From Carcharhinus amblyrhynchos (Eukaryota), in NCBI GenBank assembly GCA_965287045.1, contig OZ336870.1, positions 84,382,001 through 84,446,000 on the forward strand: a stretch of DNA of 64,000 bases. The letters run 5' to 3'. The notes under the pieces are model-generated. The model worked only from the letters and a program-made list of their open reading frames with translations. It was not told the origin of the DNA and did not search any database. The translations under genes were made by a program, and so were the position numbers. Shown piece by piece: positions 1 through 12,659 of this stretch (positions are counted from its first letter, which is position 1; every line of letters begins with the position of its first letter).

Positions 1-354
1 TGAGGGGATAAAAAACCATCTATGAGCAAAAAGTGGCCATTTACTACGTTTGAAAAGTAATATCTCATATCCACTAATGGAAAGAAGCTTAACCACACTG
101 TTGATGACAAATAACTTGACCAAATTTAGAGTAGTCAGCGCTCTCAATTTCAATGCCAAGAACTGTGGAACAAGAGTAGGTTTGGGTAGAGAAAGCAACT
201 CAGATTGCCTTCTCACACTAGCTTAAAACCTGATCTTTGTGGAGCCTAGACTGCAGCCATTTGAAAATAGGTCAATAACTTCTCTGAGGCAGCTCAATTT
301 CATAGCTGTGCAATAGGAAAGAAGTTTTAAACTTTAAGCTTTGAGAAGTTTTAG

Positions 355-525
355 ATTTCAAGAAGAAATTAGACATGGCTCTTTGGGCTAATGGGGTCAA
401 GTGATATTGGAGGAAGGCAGGATCAGGGTATTGAATTTGATGATTAGCCATGATCATAATGAATGACGGAGTAGACTCAGAGGGCTGAATGGCCAACTCC
501 TGCTGCTATTTTCCATGTATATTTC
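355..525 (+). mobile_element. CR1-type LINE 3' end fragment
   Basis: 3' UTR ...agggctgaatggccaactcctgctgctattttccatg, similar to 44870..45030 and the other CR1 tails. Confidence 0.7.
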
Positions 526-1121
526 TGTGTAAACAATGAATATGTATCAATGAATATCTAAAGTGGATATTAAAGCAATGTATGCATTGACTTTTTAGAC
601 AGATCAGTGGCATCTTAGGGAAGTACATTGTTCTGCTTTGCAAGAGGAGAATTGTTATCTCAAGGATCGTGTGTGGAGCTGGGTGGGTGGGGGGAGTCGG
701 GTGCATGGGAGGTTGATGGTGGGTGGTGAAAGACAGGAAAAATGTGAGCACATGAGTATCAAGTTCCAAATCATCTACTTCCTTGGTAATTGGAACCTGT
801 TATGGCTCCTTTCGGGAAAGGTGAGCTGCCGATTTGCTAATTGTTAAATTGGAGCAAAATTTCAACTGACTTTCAAATTTACTGGAGCATCTATTAATTT
901 CATGACACTTGCTAATGAAAGCATGGTGAGACCACAATGTGATTGAGGGGACTGATCAAACTTCCTGAAAATACTGCAATACTCTGTCCTCACAGCTGCT
1001 TTCTTGCTTACCAATGGGAAAGGACTTGTTTGCAATAATTTTACTCAGAGTCTATATCGCACACTTCAAGTTTTCTGAATCACATCATCATGGGTGGTAC
1101 CTTGGCTGCCTAAGTGCTGTG

Positions 1122-1370
1122 AGGGTGATACAGTGGCATAGTGGTTAACTCTGCTGCCTCACAGTGCCAGGGTCCCCAAATTCGATTCCTGGCTTGGGTC
1201 ACTGTCTATGGAGTTTGCATGGGTTTCCTCCCACATTCTGAAAGACATGCTGGTTAGGTGCATTGACTTGAGCAGGCACCAGAATGTGGCAACTCGGGAT
1301 TTTCACAGTAAGTTCATTGTTAATGTCACAGTGTTAATGTAAGCCTTACTTTTGACTAATAAATAAACTT
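1122..1370 (+). mobile_element. V-SINE with alternative ('B') 3' tail, internally deleted
   Basis: tRNA-like head (gtggcatagtggtta...ttcgattcc), partial V core, tail ...gtgttaatgtaagccttacttttgactaataaataaactt. Confidence 0.75.
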
Positions 1371-1379
1371 TATAAGAAC

Positions 1380-1398
1380 CAGCAGCAGCAGCAGCGGC
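1380..1398. repeat. Short (CAG)n microsatellite
   Basis: cagcagcagcagcagcggc. Confidence 0.7.
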
Positions 1399-1868
1399 AA
1401 CAACTGCCAGATGTTCAGAACTCTGCGGCTGGATATCAGAAATGGGAGCCGCTTGTAGAAGACAATACTCTGGGTCCAGATTTGTCATTACTAAGCCATT
1501 TTCAACCAGAATTGTGGAACTTCCTTTGCATGTTGGAACAGCTTGCAGAGCCTCTGGTGGTTGCAGAGTTCTAGAAGCAGTACTGTGATACTTTATGACT
1601 ATGCCTTACCCAGTGGATGTCAACATGTTTTCAACTTTTCTTTGCCTCTGGATCCTTCCAGAGTTCTGCTGGAGACATATTCAGGATCTTACAGTCAACA
1701 AACCACAAATGCATAAAGAAGATTTTTCATGATCAGTAGTTATGTGAAGTTAACCTGTGATGATATTGTCAGAATGAACAAGTGCCTGGAACTAGGACTC
1801 TGGCTGACTTCCAGCACATGCGAGAAATCATTGACTGCATACACATGGCAATCTAGCCATTCCACTAG

Positions 1869-2179
1869 CATAGAGTCACTTCAATGCAGAAGTAGACCAT
1901 TCGGCCCATCGAGCTTGCATTGATAACAATCTCATTCAGGCCCTATCCTGTAACCCCAAGTATATACCCTACTGATCTTCCTGACACTAAGGAGCATTTT
2001 AGCATGGCCAATCAACCTAGACCGCACATATTTGGAATGTAGGAGGAAACCAAAGGAAATCCATGCAGACACGGGGAAAACGTGCAAACTCCACACAATC
2101 ACGAATTGATCCCTAACACTGTGAGGCAACAGTGCTAACCACTGTGCCAACCTACTGTCCATGTGCCACGGTGCCGCCC
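1869..2179 (-). mobile_element. HE1-like V-SINE
   Basis: Reverse complement of head, V core and CR1-type tail; homologous to 9025..9366. Confidence 0.85.
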
Positions 2180-3324
2180 ACTAGCAGCAATTGTGAACTG
2201 CAAGGGCTTCCACTTCATCAATGTCCAGCTGTTGTAGAACAACAGAAGAATATTTCTGCAAATGTATTCTAGGTTCCTGAAGAGTTATAATTATGCCTTT
2301 ATCCTGCAGCAGTCCAAACTGGCCTCTTTGGACCTGGACAGAGGTGGCTGCTAGGAGACAAGTGATACCTAATTCAAATTTAATTTTGTCACCACAGATG
2401 TGTGGCTGAACAGCACGCTGAAGACATGTTTCAGGTCCCTAAACACATCTGGAGATGTCCTTTAAGGTGGGTTAGTCAGCGTGTCCAGAATTGTCGTGGT
2501 GGGCTGTAATGTGAAAAATATTGCACAACAGTCAGGTTTGGGCTTGCAAAGAGAAAGGCACAGGCCATGTATCATTTACAAACAATTTTGCGGAAGAAGA
2601 AAAGTAGCAACCTATTGAGTGGAAATGTCACTTTGAGGCCCCGTTTTTGCCATCATTCCCCTCACGGTACAATCTGATTTTACTGCTAACGTTCTGTTAG
2701 ACAGCACTTTGGTGAAGATCTGTCAACACAAAGGCTAAGCATTGACCATCCTGTTTAAGCCAGCAGATGTGTTGCATCCAAGTGGGCTTGTTGTCATTGC
2801 ACTGACCCCCTTTTCTAGGAGTCCCTGAGGTTGGCTATATTGGCGATTACAAGAAGGCTGCCCTACCTCATCTTCATCTTTATATATATGAAACAGGCAG
2901 AGAAGGAATAGCTCTCAATGGGGAGAGGAAAATAGAAAGCAGTAAAAGTGAAAGCAGATCTCTCTCCCCGATTTCTTCACATTTTCCATGGCTATCCTAA
3001 ACAGTGTGAGCTGGGACAGCAAAGGAAAATCCATACCTGAGTCTATAAAAAAAAATCAAAAGTACAGTTGTAATTTAGTTGGTCTATGCAATATTCAACT
3101 ATACTATTAAAACAAAATCATAAAGATTTAGTTTTATTCACATGGTGGAAACTAACTGATTAATTTTTTAACTATGCAAGCTGGCTATGGGCTACCTGTA
3201 AATCCAATTCTGGAATAATATCATTCAGTACAACTGGGTATGATGTAAGATCATGCTGTTTTTGTTCATTACCTGAGGGAGACAGAACCCATCGATCAGA
3301 GGCAAAAAACAATTCATTATTTAA

Positions 3325-4000
3325 AAACTGAAATACTGTGTATGCTGGAAATCTGAATTAAACCAGAAAATGCTGGAAATACCCAACAGGTCAGCAGCAT
3401 CTGGGAGGAGAGAAACAAAGTGGAGGTTGATCATCTTTTATCAGATCTGAAAGCAGAGACTGAGGAGGTTTCATGCAGGCATGAGGAGGGCAAAGGAAAG
3501 AGGAAGGATAAAACTAAAGGGAAGATCCATGATAGTCTGGAAGGCAGGACAACAAAAGGAATGATGGTGCTAGTCAAAAGGAAATGAGAATAGAATCATA
3601 GCATAGAATCCCTACACTGCAGGAAGAGGCCATTTGGCCTATCGAGCCTGTGCTGACAACAATCCCATCCAGGCCCTAACCCTGTAACTATGTATATACC
3701 CTGTCAACACCCCCCTGACACTAAGGGGGAATTTAGCATGGCCAATCAACTTAACCACACATCTTTAGACTAGGAGGAAACCGGAGCACCCGAAGGAAAC
3801 CCACGCAGACACAGGGAGAATGTGCAAACTCCACAATAGGACAAGAAAAAATACATTGCCCTAGAGGAGGTGAATATGAGATCAGCAGAATCATCAACAA
3901 CATTTCCATCTGAAAACATGGGGGGCAGAGTTTATGCAGAAATTGTTGAACTTTCTGTTGAACATGGAAGGCTGTACAGCATCTAATCAAAAGACAAGAG
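3325..4000 (-). mobile_element. Penelope-like element fragment (terminal part), interrupted by HE1 SINE; continues at ~6748
   Basis: tgctggaaatctgaa...cagaaaatgctggaaatacccaacaggtcagcagcatctg terminus shared with 36600, 39494 and 52955. Confidence 0.55.
3590..3837 (-). mobile_element. HE1-like V-SINE, 5'-truncated
   Basis: tagaatccctacactgcag tail plus V core (ggaggaaaccggagcacccgaaggaaacccacgcagacac). Confidence 0.85.
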
Positions 4001-6630
4001 GCAGAACTAGGACTTTCAACTAAGCCAAGGGCTCAGGAGGGGTTAGTAAAGTTTTCAAACCACGTAAGAGAGCAGACAGTACAGAAGGTGGCAGGAATCT
4101 AACCTCAGGCAGAGCAAAAAAGGTGACAAGTATGAGAAGGGAGGTGGTCAATGCAAGGCTGAGGGTGTTGTACCTAAATGCGCACAGTATATGGAACAAG
4201 GTAAATGAACTTGTTGCCTACATTGAAATTAGCCTGTACGATGTTGTGGGCATCACAGAAACGTGGCTGCAAGGGGATCAGGGCTGGGATCTAAATATCC
4301 AAGGATATGTGTCCTATCAGAAGGACAGGCAGATGGGCAAAGGGGACGGGCTGCATTGTTAGTAAGGAATTGAAGTAAGTTTAAATCGATAGAAAGAAGC
4401 GATATAGGAACAGAAAGCACAGAATCTCTCTGAGTAGAGTCGAGGAATCGCAAAGGTAAAAAGACCCTGATGGGAATTATATACAGGTCCCCTAGCAGTA
4501 GTCAGGATGTGGGGCAGAAAATAAATCAGGAGTTAGAAAAGGCAATATGACAATAATCATGGGGGACTTCAATATGCAGGTGGACTGAAAAAAATATCAG
4601 GGAGAGAGTGGATCCCAAGAAAAGGAACTTGTGGAATGTGTAAGAGATGCTTTTTGCAGCAGCCTGTGACAGAGCCCACTAGGGAACAGGCAATTCTGGA
4701 TTTGATGATTTGCAATGAGGTTGACTTGATTAGGGTACTTGAGGTGGAGAAACCCTTAGGGAGCAGTGGCCACAATATGATGGAATTTACCTTGCAGTTT
4801 GAGAGGGAGAAGCTAGAATCAGATGTAATGGTATCACAATTAAATAAAAGTTACTACAAGGACATGAGGGAGGAGCTGGCCAGTGTTGGTTGGAAAGGGA
4901 GCCTAGCAGGGAAGACAATAGAAAGCAATGGCAGGAGTTTTTGAGGGTTATTCGAGAGGCACAACAGAAACTCATCCCAAGGAGGAGGAAACATGCTAAG
5001 GGGAGGATGAGGCATCCATAACTGATGAGGGAAGTCAAGGAAAGCATAAAAGCAAAAGAAAAAGCATACAAGGCGGTGAGGATTAGTGGGAAGCTAAAGG
5101 ATTGGGAAGTCTTTAAAAGTGAACAGAGGACAACCAAAAAAGCACTTAGGGGGGAGAAGATGAAATATGAGTGTAAGCTAGCTAGTAATATAAAAGAAGA
5201 TAGGAAGAAGTTCTTTCAATATATAAAAAGAAAGAAAGAGGCAAAAATAGATAATGGACCACTGGAAAATAACGCTGGAAAAGTAATAATAGGAAACAAA
5301 GAAATGGCAGAGGAACTGAATAGTTACTTTGCATCAGTCTTCACGGTGGAAGACACCAGTGGGTTGCCAGACCTTCAGGAAAATCAGGGGACACAGTGAG
5401 TATAAAGGCCATCGCTAAGGATAAGGTTCTGGGGAAACTGAAAGGTCTGAAGGTGGATAATTCACCTGGTCTGGATAGACTGCACCCCAGAGTTCTAAAA
5501 GAGATAGCTGAGGAAATTGTGGAGGCATTCGTGGTGATCTTTCAGGAATCACTGGAGGCAGGGAGGGTCCCAGAGGACTGGAAAGTTGCTGATGTAACAT
5601 CACTATTTAAGAAGGGAAGGAGGCAGCACATGGGAAATTTCTAGGCCTGTTAGCCTGGCTTCAATCACTTGCAAGATTTCAGAGTTCATTATTAAAGATG
5701 AGTTTGCAGAGTGCTTGGAAGTGTGTGATAAAATAGGAGTGAGTCAGCACAGCTTTGTCAAGGGGAAGTCATGTCTGTCAAATCTGTTAGAGTTCTTTAA
5801 GGAGGTAACAAGGAAGTTAGACAAAGGAGAACCAGTGGATAGGATATATTTAGATTTCCAAAAGGCCTTTGACAAAGTGCCACATAAAAGACCGTTAAAT
5901 AAGTTAACAGCCCATGGTGCTAAGGGTAAGATCCTGGCATGGATAGAGGATTGGTTGACTGGTAGAAAGCAGAGAATGGGGACAAAGAGGTATTTTTCAT
6001 GACAGCTGGTGACTAGTGGTGTGCCGGGACCACAACTTTTCACAATATACATTAATGATTTGGAAGAAGGAACTGTTGCTAAGTTAGCAAATGATACAAA
6101 GACTAGAGGGACAGCTAGTCTTGAGGAGGCGGTGGGGGGGGGGAAGGCTGCAGAAGGACTTGGACAAGTTAGGAGAGTGAGCAAATAAGTGGCAGATGGA
6201 ATGTAATGTGGAAAAGAATGAGGTTATGCACTTTGGAAGGAGGAATGAAGGCATAGACTATTTTCTAAATGGGGAAATGCTTAGGAAATCAGAAACACAA
6301 ACGGACTTGAGTCCTTGTTCAAGATTCTCTTAAGGGCTAACGTGCAGGTTCAGTGGGCAGTTAAGAAGACAAATGCAATGTTAGCATTCATGTCGAGACA
6401 GTTAGAAAACAACAGCAGGAATGTACTTCTGAGGCTGTATAAGGTGTGGAGGCCAGGCCACTGAGTGTCTTTAAGACAGAGATAGATAGGTTCTTGATTA
6501 ATAAGAGTATCAGGGGTTATGGAGAAAAGACAGGAGAATGGGGATGAGTAAAATATCAGCCAGGATTGATGGCGGAGCAGACTTGATGGGCCAAGTGGTC
6601 TTATTCTGCTCCTATGTCTTATGGGCTTAT
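4001..6630 (+). mobile_element. CR1/HER1-type LINE, degenerate ORF2 (AP endonuclease + reverse transcriptase) with internal deletion near 6445 and 3' UTR
   Basis: ORF pieces LYLNAHSI...VVGITETWL (EN), AILDLMICN...LGSSGHNM, PGLDRLHPRVLKE...VPEDWK, GKSCLSNLLEFF...YLDFQKAFDKVPH (RT); stops and frameshifts; tail cctatgtcttatg. Confidence 0.93.
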
Positions 6631-6745
6631 GGCAGGATTATACAGCCTCGCTCGTCTTGAAACTGTAAAATCCCAACCGAGGTCCCATGCTTTGTCCCTC
6701 ACCAGCTCTGGTCCCTGTGGCAGGCAGGCTGATAAAATTCCGGCC
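6631..6745. mobile_element. Short MITE (~120 bp), PIF/Harbinger-like TIRs
   Basis: ggcaggattatac ... gataaaattccggcc imperfect TIRs; related to 26097, 47424 and 63847. Confidence 0.55.
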
Positions 6746-6747
6746 AA

Positions 6748-7000
6748 GATGTTATTCCTCAAGATTATTCTGATCTCCATTGGAACAGAATGTCAGAGGA
6801 CAAAGTCAGAAAGGTTAGAGTGGAGGTGGGGAAAATAATTAAAATATCAGCAACTGGAAGATGGCATCATAACTACAGTGAAGTTCTGCAATCGATGTGC
6901 CCTCTTCTACATTGGGAAGACCAAATACAGTTTGGGTGAACATCCCCATTCAGTTTGTGAGCATGATTCTGAGCTCTGAGCTGCCTGTCAGTTTAATTTG
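6748..7000. mobile_element. Penelope GIY-YIG endonuclease remnants (minus segment to ~6865, plus segment from ~6885)
   Basis: Plus strand from 6887 translates CNRCALFYIGKTKYSLGEH (CxxC..YIGxT motif of PLE endonuclease). Confidence 0.65.
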
Positions 7001-7479
7001 CCACTTGTGCTATTCAGCTTTGGAGAACAGCTAGGGAAGTATATGTTTCTTGAAGAACTAAATGTAGTCACGGTGATAACACTAAATGGTGGAATTCAAC
7101 CAACTGCTAATCACTTAACTAACAATAATAGTTTACCCATGGGATATTTTTATCTTTTGCACATGCTGAAGGACCAAAAACAAATGCAGGTTGCTATCAG
7201 CCCAAACAGGATGATTTTGTATCACAACGAACATAACCTGGACCTGAGATCTTTGATTGCACAGTATTTCCCTAACCCTATCTCTGTCAGACTGGACTGC
7301 ATTTCACTGGCCAGTAAGAAGAGCCATGTCTTGAACTCAGGTTGATCTATAAATAAATCCATTAATCTGAAGAATTAATTGTTCATATCAAATTTCTCCA
7401 CATATGTAAGCTTCACTTCAGATGACTTCATTCGCAAAGATGAGTGCATAATAGAACAGTTTATAGAAGAAATATAGCT

Positions 7480-7750
7480 AAGAAAAAGATATCGTAAGGG
7501 TGTTGTGCTTCAGTTATGCAGGACATTGATGAGGCACATCGCGGATGTGCAGTTTTGGTCTCTTTATTTAAGGAAGGATGTAAATGTTTAGGAGGTAGTT
7601 CAGTGGAGGTTTAATCAATTGACATCAGCAATGATCCTGGGTCATCTTAGGGGGATACATTGAGAAGGCTGGGCTTGTTTCCACTGGGGTTTAGAAGAGT
7701 GAAGGGTGACTTGATTGATGTATATAAGATCCTGAACAGTATTGACAAGA
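7480..7750 (+). mobile_element. Old CR1 ORF2 C-terminal fragment
   Basis: gtgcagttttggtctctttatttaaggaaggatg...gggtgacttgattgatgtatataagat pattern shared with other CR1 copies. Confidence 0.7.
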
Positions 7751-8103
7751 TGTTCATCCTGAGTACCCTCATCATTAGATGTGCCCTGGGAGGTTTGGAG
7801 ATCTGTTGGACTGACTGACTGGCTGGCCATGATTGCTTATGCTTGCAAAATACAAATGGACAGTGTTTGCGGATAAAGCTGATACAGAATTTGTAGCACT
7901 CAGTGTGAATTGCAGGAATTGGCAATGCAATGGCGCTGAGATCTTTAACAAATTGTTGTGGGGGACTAAGCTCGGACTCCCCACAGGACCGATCCTGGTC
8001 CTCGCCACTGAGCTCTGCAGCAGCCTCCTCGCACTTGGTGGGGGCAGTAAGCTTTGCCATTGCTCCTCATGCATAGGCTAGCTCAAGTTTGTTATGGAAA
8101 CAA

Positions 8104-8310
8104 CATGAGGTGGAGATGCTGACGTTGGACTGGGGTGGGCACAATGTCTCACAATACCAGGTTAAAGTCCAACAGGTTTATTTGACATCATGAGCTTTCA
8201 GAGTGCTGCTCCTTCATCAGGTGAGTGGACTGAAGGAGCAGTGCTTGGAAAGTTTGTGATTCCAAACAAACCTGTTGGACTTTCATCTGCTGTTGTGGGA
8301 CTTCTTACTA
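8104..8310. mobile_element. Palindromic Penelope-derived short element (copy 1)
   Basis: Same leader and inverted arms as 47858..48068; minus-strand core TCAC-CTGATGA-A-GGAG..CTCT-GAAA-GC-TC-ATGA at 8188..8224. Confidence 0.7.
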
Positions 8311-8789
8311 TGAAGACAACAGAAAGAGATGTGATGAAAGGGAACGGAGCCGAGATTGGGTGAAATGCATGTGTGTGATGAGCTTCCCCAGGAAGGACAG
8401 AGTTTGGATTTTCAGCAAAAAGACAGATGGGATAGTGGTGATGTGAAATTCTTGTTGATGGAGTAAGTATTGATATGTGTCCCCCACAACGGAATGTGAG
8501 AGCGCTATGGATAGTATAGCTGTTTGAGTACATGATGTCATGCTGAGAGAGAGGAGGGAATTGAGAAATGACTTTACCTTGGGAGAGCAGTTGAGATCAT
8601 TCATCTGCTTCCTGCACTGGGTGGTACTTCTCAAGTGGGTGGCAGCCACACTGACACCCTGGGCAATGGCCTTCCAGGCCAGTGATGTGTGCTTTCTCGA
8701 GCCAACCCCTAGTTAGAGGATATGCCAGCGCTCCCTGAATAAGGACCTCAAGGCCTCTGGTGCTGATGGCTGTGTTGCCTTCTTATTGA

Positions 8790-8985
8790 GACAAAGAACA
8801 AAGAAAGTTACAGCTCAGGCACAGGTCCTTCGGCCCTCCAGCCCTACACAGACCATGCTGCAATTCTGAACTAAAACCCCTTAATGCTTTCGGGAACCAC
8901 ATCCCTCTATTCCCATTCTACTCATGTATTTGTCCAGACACCCCTTAAGAGCCATTATTGTATCTGCTTCCACTAGCTCCCCCAG
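8790..8985 (-). mobile_element. CR1 3' end fragment
   Basis: caaagaacaaagaaagttacagc...ggtccttcggccctcca, same tail as 26404 and 28053. Confidence 0.75.
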
Positions 8986-9024
8986 CACTGAGACTACTGT
9001 CTTTCTGCTGTGTGTAATTAACTA

Positions 9025-9366
9025 AGGGTGGCATAGTAGCACATGGTTAGCACTGGTGCTTCACAGCTTCAGGGACCTGGGTTCGATTCCCGGCTTGGGT
9101 CACCGTCTGTGTGGAGTTTGCACATTCTCCTTGTTTCTGCATGGGTTTCCTCCGGGTGCTTTGCTTTCTTCCCACAGTCCAAAGATGTGTGGGTTAAGTT
9201 GATTGGCCATGCTAAAATTGCCCCTCAGTGTCCTGAGGTCCGTAGGTTAGAGGGATTAGTGGGTAATTATGTAGGGATAGGGGGGTAGGGCCTGGGTGGG
9301 ATTGTGGTCAGTGCAGACTCGATGGGCCAAATGACCTCTTTCTGCACTGTATGATTTCTATGATTT
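9025..9366 (+). mobile_element. HE1-like V-SINE, full length
   Basis: Pol III A box (tagcacatggttag), B box (ggttcgattcc), V core, CR1-derived tail ending tatgatttctatg. Confidence 0.92.
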
Positions 9367-9634
9367 AATGAGGTTCCAGATGTGTAATTTGGAGCTGGAT
9401 CCTGCCATTCTTACATAGAAACCAGCAGGAAAGATTCCATGAGAGCCACCCACCCTCACACTTAATCTCAAAATGGGAGAATTCCACCCTTTGTATCTAA
9501 TATAACTGAGACAGTAAGTTATTCTGAATGTGTTATTAGAAGCAATTTTTATCAGAAGAATCAACAACCAGAAAAATTACCTCAATTCCACATATCTGAA
9601 GTTAAAGTTTGTTTTAAAGATGATTTTTTTTATA

Positions 9635-9983
9635 GGGCGGCACGGTAGCACAGTGGCTAGCACTGCTGCTTCACAGCTCCAGGGACCTGGGTTTGATTCC
9701 CGGCTTGGGTCACTGTCTGTATGGAGTTTGCACAGTCTCCTCATGTGTGCGTGGGTTTCCTCCAGGTGCTTTGCTTTCCTCCCACAGTCTAAAGATGTGT
9801 GGGTTAGGTTGATTGGCCATGATAAAATTGCCCCTCAGTGTCCTGAGATGCGTAGGTTAGAGGGATTAGTGGGTAAGTATGTAGAGATATGGGGGTGGGG
9901 CCTGGGTGGGATTGCGGTCAGTACAGACTCAATGGACCAAATGGCCTCTTTCTGTACTGTAGGGTTTCTATGATGATTTCTAT
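9635..9983 (+). mobile_element. HE1-like V-SINE, full length
   Basis: Highly similar to 9025..9366 throughout. Confidence 0.92.
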
Positions 9984-11609
9984 GAAAATTATAGTAAAAA
10001 GTAATTAAAAGTGATAACTCTGCATTCAGTCTTTTTTTTCTATTGATGCTTAAATTCAAAACATGGATTTCATTTATTATACATGCAAGTCATTCGTTCC
10101 ACCAGAAAAACTTGGCAAAGTTTCTAGCATTTTGCTCAGAGACGTCAATTTTTCATTTTACCGCTCCTTTTAGTTTTTACTTCAGGCACTTCTTTTTAAT
10201 GAAAGGGCTTTTCGGGAAAATAAATGGTTGCCAACCTCTGGATGAATGACAGCGAGGATAGAAAATTGTGCCAACATAAAGCATTGGAACAATTTTTATT
10301 CAGCACGTGTAGCAAAACATCGAACACAGGATTTAAGAAATCTAATGGGGTGTTTTTCTTTTTAATTTTGTGAGGCAGAAAACTGGCAATAGTGAATTGA
10401 CAGCCTGTTATTCAGCTTAATTTTTCCATTCCATTGAAGCTATTGAAAGATTTCAGCTGTCACTGAAGATGAACATTGGTTCTTAGAGCCTATTGATTGG
10501 GTGATTTCGGCACCTTGTTACATTGCTACAATGCTGCAACATGTGTTGTATCAGCACCTTTAACGCTGACATACATGCTCACACGAGATGCTGCACATTC
10601 AGCTGAGTCATCCATTAATTAACCCACCTTATCAGATCACACTCCATTTAATCTTGCCAATACTGTGCTTATCCTTAAATTATCAGTTGGCATGATTGCT
10701 TATTTTGACTGATTTGAATGCAGCAGGCAAAGAGATATTCTGTTTACATCAGTAATTGAATCTAGTTTGAATATATTGATCTGAATTACATTCAAACCGT
10801 CTCACATTTATACAGCACTTTGTCGTTGAAATGGGGATGCGTCATAGGGCATCAAATTGCACATCCTATTCACACATGGTGCTCAGTAGCAGACATCAAT
10901 ATGGAATTTGAATTAGGCTATGAAAGTGTATTTCTTTATCATGCTTGCCCTAATTGTGAAACAAGATTGTTTGATTTTTTGCCAAGATTGTCACATTGTT
11001 CATCTTGTCAGGTGACATGAACTAGAATGGGCTAAAATCCATTGTTGTTGGCAAGGTAAAAGATATTCGTTTCTATTGGGAATGTGCTTTGTTTTCAGTC
11101 TAGTGAATTTCCTGATCTGACCTTGTGGTGATCATTTCTTCTGCCCCCATCAATACTGCACATATGCAAATGAAATATTTGAATCAGCACATCAACATTC
11201 TTGTCTAACTAGCCATAATTTCCTTTGGTGTCATTCATAATCAGCTAATAAAGAGATAACCTTGTCAGGAAGCAGGTACATACAACAGGAGGGGTCCATT
11301 TAAAAGAGTTTGATGCCTTGATAACTTGTCAATGTCTCAGGTTTGCCTTTCCTCAATGGTCCTCTAACTCTCCCACCTGAAACCTTTGTTTGAAAGTCCC
11401 TTCAAAATGCTTTCTTGTACATGTCCATGATGTCCTGAATCCTCATTCTGATTTCTCCAGCCTCCTTCTCCCTCCACCATGTCCATTTCTCCCTCCCTCT
11501 CCCCTGGTTACTCCCCTTCTCTCTCCCTCCACTTCTCTCTATGCACTGTTCTATCTTCCCACTGTGCCCTTAGCCACCACCTGGTCTCAAAGCCTCCCCT
11601 TCACAACTT

Positions 11610-12000
11610 CAGTTATAGTCAATTATTGGAATAAATCCTAAGGGATCGCATTAACTTTCATTTAGAAAGGCAAAGGTTAATCAAGGTAAGCCAGCATGGA
11701 TTTGTTCCGGTAAGGTCATAACTGACAAACTTGATTGAAGTTTTAAAGAGGCCGCAAGTAGGGTTCACGAGGGCAATGTGGTGACAATGGTCTACAAGGA
11801 TTTTAGCAAGGCCATGGACAAGGTGCTACAAGGCTGACTGGTTAAAAAAATTAAAAGCTGTTGGGATCCAAGAGCGAGGGGCAATTTGGATCCAAAATTG
11901 GCTGAGTGGCAGGAAACAAAGGGTAATCTTTGATGGGTCTTTGTGATTGAATCTCATTCTATTACTTGTGAAGTTCTGCAGGGCTCAGTCCTTGGGCAAG
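11610..12000 (+). mobile_element. CR1 RT fragment
   Basis: cagcatggatttg (QHGF), gattttagcaaggcc (DFSKA), cagggctcagtccttggg (QGSVLG). Confidence 0.75.
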
Positions 12001-12354
12001 ATTTTCTGGTCCTGATTGCTATGGGAATTATGACAGGCGGATCCTTTAAAGGTCTGTTGACCTTGAGCAGGAATTTCCAGTCTTGGGGCATGAGCAGCTG
12101 GGAAACTCTGCCCCTTGTCTTTTTGTATCTTACATTAATTTTGTGGTACACATTTAATTGGTATGACTGTATTTTCAGTATACATCACTAGAGAAGAAAT
12201 GATGTAATGTATCACCTCTTAGTTTCAGTTTTATTCTGAAGAAGGTTCCAAATCAAACATGTGTGCAAGTTTTCCAACTGTAGAATACTGTTGCCAGCTT
12301 CTCAGATCCTTAATAAGTGAATCTATATATTTCTGTGTTGAACTTACTTTTTTT

Positions 12355-12655
12355 AAAGTTTTTATTAGTGACAAGTAGGTTTACATTAACCCTGCAATGA
12401 AGTTAGTGTGAAAATCTCCTAGTCACCACACTCTGGTGCCTGTTCAGATTCACTGAGGGAGAATTTAGCATGGCCAATGCACCTAACCAACACATCTTTC
12501 AGATTGTGGGAGAAACTGGGGGACCCAGAGGAAACCCACGCAGACACAGCGAGAACGTGGGGTGGTACAGTGGTTAGCACTGCTGCCTTACAGGTTTGAT
12601 TCCTAGCTTGGGCCACTGTCTGTGCATGTTCTCCCCATATCTGTGTGGTTTCCTT
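12355..12655. mobile_element. V-SINE (B tail) on minus strand with inverted 5' head on plus strand
   Basis: 12355..12558 is tail plus core reversed; 12559..12655 is ggggtggtacagtggttagcac head in forward orientation. Confidence 0.75.
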
Positions 12656-12659
12656 TGAC

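Larger units (their letters stand above)
8320..9490 (-). mobile_element. PIF/Harbinger transposon remnant with Myb/SANT-like ORF exon (interrupted by CR1 tail and HE1)
   Basis: Minus strand ~8575..8685 translates WKAIAQGVSVAATHLRSTTQCRKQMNDL then K|gtaaag; TIR-like gggagaattccaccc at ~9475..9489. Confidence 0.6.

Noticed and set aside
4123-6184. Functional reverse transcriptase / novel RT system
   Set aside because: Multiple stops, frameshifts and a deletion; ordinary decayed CR1 LINE
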